A stretch of 63,774 bases of DNA, filler included, from Octopus bimaculoides (GCF_001194135.2; 7 parts of 6 records of this genome joined end to end with filler, not necessarily neighbours in it), one strand, 5' to 3'; shown: positions 25,289-37,415, counted from the first letter of the whole stretch. Notes: generated by a model from the letters alone, not told the origin. Program-made: numbers and translations.

Positions 25289-25324
<36 letters not shown>

Positions 25325-25429
25325 TATATATATATATATATATATAATACATATATATCAAAAGGCAAATGGACAACTAAACTAAGGCAGGTCAAGTACC
25401 TAAGGTCATATATATATCATGGTATCATA

Positions 25430-25540
25430 TGATTGACCAGGCTGTCAGATGTTGTTATACATCACTAGTCACAATGCACTTTGCTTCCTCTTAGCTTTTG
25501 AATGATGCCACCTCACTGGGTAGGTGAGCAGGCCAACAGC
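25430..25540 (-). mobile_element. SINE 3' fragment (family C related)
   Basis: TGACCAGGCTGTCAGATGTTGTTATACATC...GAGCAGGCCAACAG; assignment from memory of this repeat type. Confidence 0.4.
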
Positions 25541-25837
25541 ACCCCCCAATCAGAAGTCTTGTCCATCACAGGTTTACCGATTTAAAACCTAGAAATAATT
25601 ATAAAAAGATTAAGTTATTCAACTATCTTAATTACTTTCTTCGTTAACTGAAACCCAAACTAATATGTTTTATTTTTTCTTTTTCTCTTCTTCCTCCTCC
25701 TCTTTCATTTCCTCCTCCCCCTCCATCTTGTGATCCAACTCAACCTTACCCCTCACCCTTTTTTTTTACTTTTTTAATTTTTTATTTCTCTCGACCATTC
25801 CTTCTTCCCCCCGACTTCTTCTCCCTCCCCCTTGCAG

Positions 25838-25918
25838 GCAATGTCCTCCGCACCTGGACGCTGAATGCGGTACAGCAGCAAATCGCAGCTTACATCTACA
25901 ACACCATGTCTGCTGTGG
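25838..25918 (+). CDS. Internal coding exon of an unidentified host gene (81 nt, phase 1-1): (G)NVLRTWTLNAVQQQIAAYIYNTMSAV
   Basis: Long pyrimidine tract ending CTTGCAG (AG 25836-25837); donor GG|GTAAGT at 25919; length divisible by 3; phase-1 frame is open with GC-rich third positions in an AT-rich background; frame 0 has a TGA. Confidence 0.75.
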
Positions 25919-26019
25919 GTAAGTTCCTTTAATCATTAACCGTCAATCATTAATCGTTAATCTTCTATCTGCTATTTGTTTCAATCATTAGACTGCAACT
26001 GTACTGGGGTACCACTTTG

Positions 26020-26340
26020 AAGGGTTTTTGTATTTTTCTTGCTTGCTTCGTGCTCTTGCTTGCTAGGGCTGGGGTCATCCCAGGTTAGTGGTCCCAGGGG
26101 CGGCATCATGCGTAGAGCCAACCAGGTCCACCAGAGTGCTCTCCATCGCTGGTGGCCCTGTGTCATCCCTTCTGCATCCTCCAAGGTGACGTCAGGCTTC
26201 TGGAGATCTTCCTTAATCATGTCCAGCCATCTGGTGTGGGGCCTTCCACGAGGCCCCTTCCAGCCCGCAGCTGCTATGTCAAATGAGAGTAAACTCCTTG
26301 TAAGATATTCTGGGGTCTAAGTCAGGCAAACCCCATACAA
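26020..26340 (-). mobile_element. RTE-clade LINE 3' end
   Basis: EGPRGRPHTRWLDMIKEDLQKPDVTLEDAEGMTQGHQRWRAL. Confidence 0.7.
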
Positions 26341-26708
26341 GGACTAATTTCTTTTGCTTTAAAGTCTGGTACTTGTTTTGTTCCTTATGCCAAACCACTA
26401 AGTTATGCGGATGTAAACAAACCAACACCAATTGTCAAGTGGTGGTGGTGGTGGCGGCAGCGGCATTGGTGGGGGTGTTGATAGTGATGGTGGTGATGGA
26501 AGCTGCGGTACCGGCAGTGGTGGTGGTGGTGGTGGTGGTGATGGTGGTGGTGGAGGTGGTGGTGGTGGTGGTGGTGATGGTTGTAACCTCACTAATTTCA
26601 TTTACCAANNNNNNNNNNNNNNNNNNNNNNNNNNNNNNNNNNNNNNNNNNNNTTAATTAATTAANNNNNNNNNNNNNNNNNNNNNNNNNNNNNNNNNNNN
26701 NNNNNNNN

Positions 26709-26745
<37 letters not shown>

Positions 26746-27007
26746 CCTGCCTGTCTGTCTGCCTGCATACATACACATTTATATACATACATATTCACAC
26801 GTATGTGTGCGTGTCTGTTTGTGTGTGTGTATTTTGTATCAATATCTAGTATATGTAATTGTGAACCCTGTGTTTGAATGCTGGTTATCATTTGCCTTCT
26901 TCGATCTCATTTAATGTCCATCGAGCCACATACATCATACATACATACATACATACATAGATACATACATACATACATATACACATGCATACACACACAT
27001 ACACAAA

Positions 27008-27332
27008 CTGGCACTCCGTCGGTTACGACGATGAGTGTTCCAGTCGATACAATCAACGGAACAGCCTTGTTCGTGAAATTAACGTGCAAGTGGCTGAGTA
27101 CTCCACAGATGCATGTACCCTTAACGTAGTTCTCAGGAAATTCAGCGTGACGCAATGTGACAAGGCTGGCCCTTTGAAATACAGGTGAAACTCATTTTTG
27201 GAAGCTGAGTGGACTTGGAGCAACATGAAATAAAGTGTCTTGCTCAAGGACACAACTTGCCACCGGGTATCGAACTTACGACCTTATGATCGGGAGCTGA
27301 ATACCCTAACCATTAAGCCACGTGATTTCACC
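27008..27332 (-). mobile_element. SINE family C variant
   Basis: Tail matches the 17760-17930 region in reverse; the central domain matches 47080-47130. Confidence 0.8.
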
Positions 27333-27529
27333 ACACTCACACACACATACACACACACATTCACTCATACACATACAATCATACACGATGACACAGAAAC
27401 ACACGTTGCTACGTGTGCATGCTACTGTACTTCTCTGTGTATTTATATGATTTGGCGACTAAAGATCGATGAAACGAACTTAAAACTATATACCAGGATC
27501 GATATGATCGGCTAAAATCATTTAAGGTG

Positions 27530-28419
27530 GAACCTTTGGCAAGTGTCTTCTACTATAGCCTCGGGCCGACCAAAGCCTTGTGAGTGGATTTGGTAGACGG
27601 AAACTGAAAGAAGCCCGTCGTATATATGTATATATATNNNNNNNNNNNNNNNNNNNNNNNNNNNNNNNNNNNNNNNNNNNNNNNNNNNNNNNNNNNNNNN
27701 NNNNNNNNNNNNNNNNNNNNNNNNNNNNNNNNNNNNNNNNNNNNNNNNNNNNNNNNNNNNNNNNNNNNNNNNNNNNNNNNNNNNNNNNNNNNNNNNNNNN
27801 NNNNNNNNNNNNNNNNNNNNNNNNNNNNNNNNNNNNNNNNNNNNNNNNNNNNNNNNNNNNNNNNNNNNNNNNNNNNNNNNNNNNNNNNNNNNNNNNNNNN
27901 NNNNNNNNNNNNNNNNNNNNNNNNNNNNNNNNNNNNNNNNNNNNNNNNNNNNNNNNNNNNNNNNNNNNNNNNNNNNNNNNNNNNNNNNNNNNNNNNNNNN
28001 NNNNNNNNNNNNNNNNNNNNNNNNNNNNNNNNNNNNNNNNNNNNNNNNNNNNNNNNNNNNNNNNNNNNNNNNNNNNNNNNNNNNNNNNNNNNNNNNNNNN
28101 NNNNNNNNNNNNNNNNNNNNNNNNNNNNNNNNNNNNNNNNNNNNNNNNNNNNNNNNNNNNNNNNNNNNNNNNNNTATATATATATGTATGTATGTGTGTG
28201 TGTGTGTGTGTGTTTGTGTGTGTGTATGTTTGTGTGTCTGTGTTTGTCCCCTCACCATCACTTGACAACCGATGCTGTCTTACGTCCCCGTAACTTAGCG
28301 GTTCAGCAAAAAGGGCCCGATAGAATAAGTACCAGGCTTACAAAGAATAAGGTCTGGGGTCGATTTGTTCGACTATAAAGGCGGTGCTCATGACTGAAGC
28401 AAGTAAAAGAGTAAAAGAG
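27530..28419 (+). mobile_element. 5'-truncated SINE family A with a 34-bp flanking duplication
   Basis: TACCAGGAT(C/G)GATATGATCGGCTAAAATCATTTA at 27491-27524 and 28420-28453; GTAAAAGA tail repeats. Confidence 0.85.
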
Positions 28420-28837
28420 TACCAGGATGGATATGATCGGCTAAAATCATTTACGGTCATCTGCCAGCACGGTCAGAGTTCAATGATTAATACAAATAAA
28501 CAGTAAAAAATCAAATGAAGACAACAATAAAAAAATATCTATGTTGTCCTTCATACACCCTATCTAATTTAACCCCACCCCAAAACCTAGTAGTTATGAC
28601 TGAATAATATTTGACCTTAAGTATGCTAAAGCAAGACAAAGCCCAGGGCTAAACAGCAACGAGAATGATAAATGGAGTTGTTAAGTACACTCATCTATAT
28701 TCTGTAATTCTGTAACATAAGAATTGTGAAAGAGTTTTATTAACATTTCGTATTAAAGTAATCCACATTATTTACACTACATTTAATATAAAACTAACCA
28801 GCTCGGCTTATTCGACGAATCGGTAGGATCATGATGG

Positions 28838-28869
<32 letters not shown>

Positions 28870-29035
28870 TTTGTAGTGGTGGTGATGATGATGGTAGCAA
28901 TAATATTAATTGTAAAAGTATTGATAAAATAAAAATAGTAAAACAGTATTAATAATAATGAAAAATAATGAAAAATAATAATTATTATTCATATTAATAT
29001 TGTTGACGTTAATAATATCCTTAACAATAATCATT

Positions 29036-29040
29036 GAACG

Positions 29041-29100
<60 letters not shown>

Positions 29101-29162
29101 GTATTGCTGCTGCTGCTGCTATTACTACTACTACTGCTGCTGCAACTACTACTACTGCTGCA

Positions 29163-29219
<57 letters not shown>

Positions 29220-29364
29220 GCTGCTGCTGCAACTACTGCTACAACACCTACAACAACAACAACTACTACTACTATTACCGCCGCTGTTGCTGCTGTTACT
29301 GTTACTCCTGCTACCACTGTTACTACTACTGCTACTACTACCGCTACCACTACTACTACTACTG

Positions 29365-29403
<39 letters not shown>

Positions 29404-29420
29404 ATGATGATGATGATGAT
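29036..29420. repeat. (CTA)n/(CTG)n trinucleotide array
   Basis: Read directly from the sequence. Confidence 0.95.
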
Positions 29421-30161
29421 AATGATGAGGATAATATTAACAGTAACATTATTAACAAGAAAAACAACAATATGAATGATAATAATAAAATATTAATGAT
29501 AATGAAGATTTCTTCATATTAATAATAATAGTCGTAATCATCATAACACCAAAAAGAATAAGCGATGACAGCGTTACTAATAACACAATNNNNNNNNNNN
29601 NNNNNNNNNNNNNNNNNNNNNNNNNNNNNNNNNNNNNNNNNNNNNNNNNNNNNNNNNNNNNNNNNNNNNNNNNNNNNNNNNNNNNNNNNNNNNNNNNNNN
29701 NNNNNNNNNNNNNNNNNNNNNNNNNNNNNNNNNNNNNNNNNNNNNNNNNNNNNNNNNNNNNNNNNNNNNNNNNNNNNNNNNNNNNNNNNNNNNNNNNNNN
29801 NNNNNNNNNNNNNNNNNNNNNNNNNNNNNNNNNNNNNNNNNNNNNNNNNNNNNNNNNNNNNNNNNNNNNNNNNNNNNNNNNNNNNNNNNNNNNNNNNNNN
29901 NNNNNNNNNNNNNNNNNNNNNNNNNNNNNNNNNNNNNNNNNNNNNNNNNNNNNNNNNNNNNNNNNNNNNNNNNNNNNNNNNNNNNNNNNNNNNNNNNNNN
30001 NNNNNNNNNNNNNNNNNNNNNNNNNNNNNNNNNNNNNNNNNNNNNNNNNNNNNNNNNNNNNNNNNNNNNNNNNNNNNNNNNNNNNNNNNNNNNNNNNNNN
30101 NNNNNNNNNNNNNNNNNNNNNNNNNNNNNNNNNNNNNNNNNNNNNNNNNNNNNNNATAATG

Positions 30162-30216
<55 letters not shown>

Positions 30217-31134
30217 GAACACCGAAATACTAATACTAATGCTGATACTAATACAACTATTGCTGCTGCTGCTGATGATGATGGTGATGATGGTGATGAT
30301 GATGATAACGCCAGCTACAACGCCAACAACGAGATTGACAATAGTCAAGCAAAAATGGAGGGGAAAAAATAGACCAACACTCTGAACAATACGTTTAATT
30401 TAATCCATACTTCAATATGTCTTCCCGATACTTAAATTTCCACAAATATCGTAATTACTCTACTGGTAAGGTACATTACTCTTCTTCAATATGTATTCAG
30501 GCGCATAACGTTACTTTCTTTCTTTCTTTCTTTCTGTATTTATCACTATTTTCTTTATTTTTTTTATATATATATTATATCTTCCCTTGATATTATTTAT
30601 AAGAGAATTAATAAATTTCTGTCTTCAATTCGATTGTAAATAATGCAATCTCAAATATCAAAGTAAGCTATATAATTTTTTTTCCTTCTTCTCATTATTG
30701 AACATTGATAGATNNNNNNNNNNCTCTAACTTTTCAATTTTGTTCAGCTTTCGATTAGGAAGCCAAAAATGGAACAACAAACACCAAAAGAGACGCGTGA
30801 ATATCCATATGGACGGAGGTATATTCCGTACAAACGGACATGATAATCACACAGGTGTTTTGCTCAAATTAATTCTCTGATAAAACGACCATTTTCTATT
30901 TATTATTCTTCCTTCGCTCCTTCTTACTTCCCTTTTCATTTCGTTGTCTCTTCCTTCTCATCATCATTTCTTGCTTTCTTTCCATTTCTCCATCTTTGTG
31001 GATTTTTCTTTAGAATTATTATTCCTTATCAAACTACGCTTTCAGTCATCTCAGCGAAATTAGAACATATCGGACGTCGCCATTTTAAAAACCGCAGTCG
31101 ATTATTATTGTGAAACCTGTAAGCTTTATGAGTC

Positions 31135-31370
31135 TTTCTTTTACTTGTTTCAGTCATTAGACAATGGCTATACTGGGGCACCACCATGAAGGGGTTTTTA
31201 TCGAATCTTTGAAAGATTTTAATCGACCGCAGGATTTATTCTTTTACGTCTCCTACTTATTCTCTCAGTCCCTTTTACAGAACCGTTAAGTTACGGGGAC
31301 ATACACTAACCACCACTGGTCATCAGGTAGTGTGGAATCACACATAAAGTTAACGACACAAATACGTATA
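31135..31370 (-). mobile_element. SINE family A tail half
   Basis: CTTTTACTTGTTTCAGTCATTAGAC...GTTAAGTTACGGGGAC. Confidence 0.75.
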
Positions 31371-31378
31371 TGTATATA

Positions 31379-31482
<104 letters not shown>

Positions 31483-31623
31483 CACACACATATATATATA
31501 TACATATATGCATATGTGTGTGTGTGTGTTTAAAATCCTTGGTAAAGTTAGGTATATTTGAAAAAGAAAAAGAATAATTGCACTGGTAGTTCTAATCAAT
31601 TAAATTTTTCAATAAGTCATTCT

Positions 31624-31712
31624 TTAGTTAATCCCTTCGGTATTAATGACCAAAATTAATTAATTTAGCATTTTGGTCATTAATAGCGAAACTCGAGTAT
31701 GGGATTAGCTAA
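31624..31712 (+). ncRNA. Hammerhead-like copy 1 with the CUGAUGA core missing
   Basis: TTAGTTAATCCC/GGGATTAGCTAA stem, perfect 16-bp inner stem, GAAAC-TCGA-GTA; homologous to the copy at 32086. Confidence 0.35.
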
Positions 31713-32085
31713 TTTTTTATTTTGGTTCACTCTAGTGCCATTAACAGCGTGCCTAAAGAATTATTTTTTTGGCGTTTTGGTTTAACGGCCTTTTTTTATC
31801 ATGTAAGAAGTCCTGTTATGGGTCTTCTCTCTGTGCATAAATCCTTATGTACTCTTATATATAAAAATAAGCATGCGAACCACTGATAATAAATTATTTT
31901 AATTTTTTACCCTCATAATTTACACAATAAAATTTTCCAATTCTGAGGCCATATAGTACACAGTTTAAATTTATTTATTGCTGGACTATCTGACTACGCT
32001 AGCGCACAAACTTTGAATCCGTAATGTACAAAGATGGAGCTGTTTTCGGTAGTATTAAAGCTACATAATTATGCATTCTTTAGCG

Positions 32086-32156
32086 ATCCCACTGATGAAC
32101 TACGGATGCCAATATAATTTATTTTGGTCATTAATAATGAAACTCAAGTATGGGAT
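32086..32156 (+). ncRNA. Hammerhead-like copy 2 (type I)
   Basis: ATCCCA-CTGATGA-[stem II relic]-GAAAC-TCAA-GTA-TGGGAT; perfect 6-bp stem I; the linker after CTGATGA is non-canonical. Confidence 0.5.
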
Positions 32157-32179
32157 TAACTATTTTTTTTTTTTGGTTT

Positions 32180-32316
32180 ACCCCGTAATTTAGCGGTTCG
32201 GCAAAAGACACCGATAGAATAAGTATTGGACTTACAAAGAATAAGCTCTGGTGTCGATTTACTCGACTAAAGGCGGTGCTCCAGCATAACCGCAGTCAAA
32301 TGACTGAAACAAGTAG
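32180..32316 (+). mobile_element. SINE family A tail half
   Basis: TTAGCGGTTCGGCAAAAG...GCAGTCAAATGACTGAAACAAGTA. Confidence 0.8.
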
Positions 32317-32849
32317 GTTCCCCGCTACGTTCGTGTCTTAGCATCAAGTAACGATCCTTGGCGTCGTAAGTTAAGGCTGACACGGTTGACTGAACACGTC
32401 GAAAAATTCTATGCTCTGAATGCTTTCTGTCAAGCTTTTGTAGAGAATGAACACATGATTCAGTTTATAAACTTTTGTATGTTTCCCGCTACGCCCTTGT
32501 GTTAGTGTTTCGTAACTATATATATATATATATATATATATAGGGCATGAGAGGTATTGGTGTCATGAAAACCCAAAGGTGTCAGGTAACGCTGGGTAAG
32601 TGCTATGGACAGACCATATTTAAGCTCCAGGTTCGATAATGATACGAATGAGGGGTCCAACGTGGGTCGTGTATTAGCATGCATATATATAATAATTAAC
32701 AGAATGAAATAAAACTCGAAGTCTACATATAGTTTTTAGAACATTTATAAATGCTCTGAAAAGTATTCACAGCTTCACAGCTTTTGATTTTTTCATCTCA
32801 TTCTGTTAATGATATATACATACATATATCATTACATATATATAACGTC

Positions 32850-32985
32850 TACAAAATTCTCCACTCACAAGGCTTTTGTCGGCCCGACACTATAGTAGAA
32901 TACACTTGCTCAAGGTACCACGCAAGGGGATTGAACTCGGAACCATGTGGTTGATAAGCAAGCTACTTGCCACACAGCCACTCCT
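32850..32985 (-). mobile_element. SINE family A head and body
   Basis: CCACTCACAAGGC...GCTACTTGCCACACAGCCACTCCT. Confidence 0.8.
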
Positions 32986-33085
32986 NNNNNNNNNNNNNNN
33001 NNNNNNNNNNNNNNNNNNNNNNNNNNNNNTTAATTAATTAANNNNNNNNNNNNNNNNNNNNNNNNNNNNNNNNNNNNNNNNNNNN

Positions 33086-33167
<82 letters not shown>

Positions 33168-33169
33168 TT

Positions 33170-33360
33170 GAGTGAGAGAGCAGCACATGCCATCAAATGA
33201 CACTGGAGTACAAATATACGAAACCCAATAAATCCATCGTGAGTACCCGTCTGATAACCAGGCACATGTATCACAGCCATATGTGCACGACATAGTGGTC
33301 TCATATCAACATACACAGCATATGACTCTGCAGGAGGAACCCAGTTGAAACTTTCTTACT
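33170..33360. mobile_element. Interspersed repeat family E (GAGAGCAGCACATGCCATCAAA), partial
   Basis: Homologous to 37030-37140; abuts a (TAG)n array. Confidence 0.6.
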
Positions 33361-33634
33361 CGTCTGAATGGTTTTGTTGACATACTAATTGATTGGTTAC
33401 ACGATTCACTGGCAGAGTCATTCAGTCATTGGTCAAATAACGAAGCAAAAACGAACAGACAGCAATCCGATTTTAGATCTATGTAAGTAATGTTATAACA
33501 GATATCCCACAACACAAAACTTTCAAAACAGTATCATATGATAGCAACCGTCCCAGAGCTCGATTCTGCTTTTTTGTTATTTTTTTCAGTAACTATATCA
33601 AGCCAACAAAGAAGAAAAGAAAATATTCTATCAG

Positions 33635-33870
33635 CAAATTAATGCGTTTATTTACATAATTTATACTTGTTATTTCGACACACCTCAAATCAATTAGTAA
33701 AACTTAACATACATCAGACCGCTTAAATTACGATTTTTGGCAGAGAATATATAAAGTGCTTACCAGACCGTTTTCATTCAACCCGCTTGCGGATTTGTAG
33801 GTTTAATGAGAATCTTCAAAGATTGCCGTGTGATATAGCATCAAAAGAAATGATATTGCTAAATAATTTG
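33635..33870. mobile_element. Unclassified interspersed repeat, copy 1
   Basis: ATTAATGCGTTTATTTACATAATTTA...GGTTTAATGAGAATCTTC shared with 43330-43555. Confidence 0.65.
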
Positions 33871-34046
33871 CTGTTTAAACCACAATGGCTTATTAATTTA
33901 CACCGCAAATTGTCACACATGTTCTCTGCTTTTACCGCTCATACATACATACATACATACAGCCAGTTAGATATATATTAACCAAACATATCTGTATGCG
34001 TATAAAGAAAGAAGCGCATATGTATACACACACACGCACATATATG

Positions 34047-34092
<46 letters not shown>

Positions 34093-34113
34093 CATATATA
34101 TGTGTGTGCATAT

Positions 34114-34294
34114 ATGTTTTGGTCCCATTCTCGGAAAGTTTCTTGTCTGCACCTCCAAAGTGGAAGCAATATTATCGATAATCGCCGAAATTGCACTTGA
34201 CCCTCTGGCCTATAACTGAAGAGGAGCTGGTGACTTTCTGTGTCTTCTGTTCTTCTGTGTATTTAGTATATGCTCCTATGCGTATTTACTACAC

Positions 34295-34344
<50 letters not shown>

Positions 34345-35054
34345 CATATGTATACATTCATGTATGTCATATTTATGTAACGCACGCACTCATTATTTTT
34401 TTACCCATTTGTAGAAATTTTCTTGGAATATTTTTGTGCCACTCTGTCTCTTTCCTTTACCTTGCTTCTCTTAATTTCCTTTCTCCCCCTCACTTTCTCT
34501 CTCTCTCTCTCTCTACCTATCTATCTATCTATCTATATATCTATCTATCTATCTATCTGTCTTTCTCTATTACCTTCCTTCCACTATCACGTGATCCGTA
34601 ACAGCCTAAGACGATGTCATTCCTTTTAGCGTTGGCTTCGACCGGACTAGTCACGATTTATGAGATCCTCATTCTACCCGTCCCGTATCTGTAGTCTTTT
34701 AGGACAGTTTTCATTTCTCGTTCACATTACCCATTTTTGTCTTACCTTACAGCCCTAACGCTTTCTTTTCTTTTTTGCTGTATATGTATCATTATCATTT
34801 TAATTGTCTTCGTGTGGCCCTAAGCCTTTAATCTGTTTATTGTTTTGTCCCTCGTCCGTTTACTAAAGGTCTCGTCTCGAACCCGTCTCGATTTTTTATG
34901 TTTTGGTTCCATTCCCGGCAAGTTTCTTGCCTGTGCCGCCAGAGTGGAAGCAATATTATCGATAATGGTCGAAATTGCGTTTGACTCTTTAGCCGATAAC
35001 TGAAGAGGAGTTGGTGACCTTCTGAGTTTTTAATTCGTCTGTGTATTTAGCATA
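34114..35054. repeat. About 157-bp direct repeats (34114-34270 and 34898-35054) flanking a 630-bp spacer
   Basis: Shared GTGGAAGCAATATTATCGATAAT..CGAAATTGC and ATAACTGAAGAGGAG.TGGTGAC; period 784 bp. Confidence 0.8.
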
Positions 35055-35087
35055 GTTTCTTTTAAATTATATATGTATATGCAATGG

Positions 35088-35245
35088 CGCGAGAGTGGCT
35101 GTGTGGTAAGTAGCTTGCTTACCAACCCCATGGTTCCGGGTTCAGTCACACTGCGTGGCACCTTGGGCAAGTGATTTCTACTATAGCCTCGGGGCGACCA
35201 AAGCCTTGTGAGTGGATTTGGTAGACGGAAACTGAAAGAAGCCCG
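35088..35245 (+). mobile_element. SINE family A head and body
   Basis: GAGTGGCTGTGTGGTAAGTAGCTTGCTTACCAACC...GAAACTGAAAGAAGCCCG. Confidence 0.85.
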
Positions 35246-35589
35246 TTGTACTGCCTTAATTCTTCGAAACGCCGGTGTTTTAATGGCGGCAGCTGATGAA
35301 GGAGATGTTTCTATGTGGCCTGCTTGTTTGTTGTACCTTGTTTATCATTTTGTCCATGTTCTTTTGCCACGTCATGTACCCAGTTATGTATCTATATGTA
35401 CATGTGGATGAAGGTATGTACATACATGTACATATATATGCATATACTCATATATTGTTTATATATATATATATATATATATATACATACAAGCAGGTAT
35501 GCTTACATACATACATATAAACATACATACATATGTATATATGTATGTATATAAGTATGCATATATGTATGTGTGTGTATATATATATT

Positions 35590-35697
35590 CTTCTACTTGT
35601 TTCAGTCATTAGACTGTGCCCATGCTGGAGCACCGCCTTAAGTCGAGCAAATCGACACCAGGACTTATGCTTTGCAAGCCTAGTACTTATTCTATAT
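35590..35697 (-). mobile_element. SINE family A tail
   Basis: CTTGTTTCAGTCATTAGACTGTGCCCATGCTGGAGCACCGCC. Confidence 0.8.
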
Positions 35698-35762
35698 ATA
35701 CATCTTTATTGTCCTCCCTATAAAAATACAAATTGAAAGAAGTCTGTCGTATACGTGGTTAT

Positions 35763-35932
35763 AGGCACAGGCGTAACTGCCTAGTAAGAAGTTTGCTTCT
35801 CAACCACATAGTTCCGGGTACAGTCCCACTGCATGGCATCTTGGGCATGTTTCTTCTACTATAGCCTCGGGTCGACCAAAGCCTTAAGAGTACATCTGGT
35901 AGACGGAAAATGAAAGAAGCCCGTCGTATACA

Positions 35933-36004
<72 letters not shown>

Positions 36005-36188
36005 TGTGACAGTGTTTTTTCTCCACCATTGCTTGACAATCGCTGTTGGTGTGCTTATGTCCCCGTATTCTAGCGGTTCGGCAAAAGATATCGATAGAAT
36101 AAGTACCATGCTTTAAAAAAGTACTGGGGTCGATTCATCCGACTAAAAATTCTTCAAAACTGTGCCCCAGCATGACCGCAGTCTAATG
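35763..36188 (+). mobile_element. SINE family A, full length, with central (TG)n
   Basis: Head, (TG)n and tail all present. Confidence 0.85.
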
Positions 36189-36493
36189 AGTCGCTCTCTT
36201 TTTTCTTGAAAATCTTTGCTTTTACAGATTCTCGCATAAACGTTTATTAATATAACCGAATGCATCAATTATTATTTGCATAATTGTGAATTTGTAGACA
36301 GTTTAAGAAAGTTAGAGATTTCGAAACAGCTATTCATAAATATTCTCCTCGCTTATTTTGGAAGAGATGCTTACAAATGAGTAGCTTGCCTCTCTCACGA
36401 ACTATTTAAAAAAAAAATTTCCGCCTCAAAGAATAATATTGGGTCTCTATTTGTACATACTCTTTCACCCTCGCTTTTATATATGTGTGTGTG

Positions 36494-36771
36494 CAGTAGC
36501 GGACTGGGTCTAAAAATATTGGTTGCCAGGAGACTAAGGGGGCCCACCCGCAGCTACAAGGGGGCCCAACTGTAACTAAAATGCTATCATTTAATTTTTT
36601 TTTTTGTTAAAAGTATTTTTTTCAACTGTCTACAAACACACTCAGGCTGAAATAATTAATGCATTCTTCCAGGAGTGAATAAAAAATTCTCAAACTTAAG
36701 GGGGTGGGCCCCGTATATGGATTCTGATGGCGCAGGAGCCCACTTGCCACCCACTTGCCAGTCCGCTACTG
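36494..36771. mobile_element. hAT-like MITE (278 bp)
   Basis: Perfect 14-bp TIRs CAGTAGCGGACTGG/CCAGTCCGCTACTG; flanking 8-mers TGTGTGTG and CGTGTGCG differ by two C/T changes. Confidence 0.75.
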
Positions 36772-37029
36772 CGTGTGCGCGTGTGTGTGTGTGTGTGTGT
36801 GTGCGAATCAGAATAGATGACACCTAATTATAAAGTAGCAATTACTTATTGGTTTGTTTACATAATGATTAATTGATTAATTGCAGTTTCATTTGTAATT
36901 AGAAGCTTCAAGAAAAGAATCAGTAAAGAAGGAATGGAGCCATAAAAATAAGAGTTTAAAGAAAATGTGTAATATGTGTGTATGTGTGTGTGTGTTTGTG
37001 TGTGCGCGCGCGCGCATATGTATGTATGA

Positions 37030-37415
37030 GTAAGAGAGCAGCACATGCCATCAAATATACACCAGGCACATGCGTCACAATCATATGTCCACGATATGGT
37101 GATCGTATATCAAGATAAACAGCGCATGACCTCGCAGGTGGAGTCCAGTTAGAATTTTCTTCAAGTCGAGTAGCCCATCCTGCTCAAAAGTTCCCTGAAA
37201 ATAGTTTGTTAAAGGGCGATGAACGAAACACTCATGTTTCTAGAGGTGAATTATTCAAACTCCAAAGAATTCCTCTCAACATATGGCTATGATACTCTCC
37301 ACTACTCATGCCCGTGATCAGAGGGGCACATATCGTCAGCCACTAAGAGACATGCTCGACTGGTTAAGGTCAAGCAACTGACCAGCAAATTAGTGATATT
37401 CAGCAGAAAATTTGT
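37030..37415. mobile_element. Interspersed repeat family E
   Basis: Shares its start with the 33170 copy. Confidence 0.6.

Noticed and set aside
26653-26664. TTAATTAATTAA islands between N runs (also near 33030, 56548, 59883, 61053, 62658)
   Set aside because: Identical, always gap-flanked and has stops in all six frames: a scaffolding spacer, not biology.
32520-32684. Donor-like CTGG|GTAAGT and a 60-aa minus-strand ORF
   Set aside because: No credible acceptor on either strand and no recognisable domain.
34170-34235. CTGAAGA with an upstream GAAA as a hammerhead (also 34960-35015)
   Set aside because: No consistent stem I, II or III pairing in either copy.
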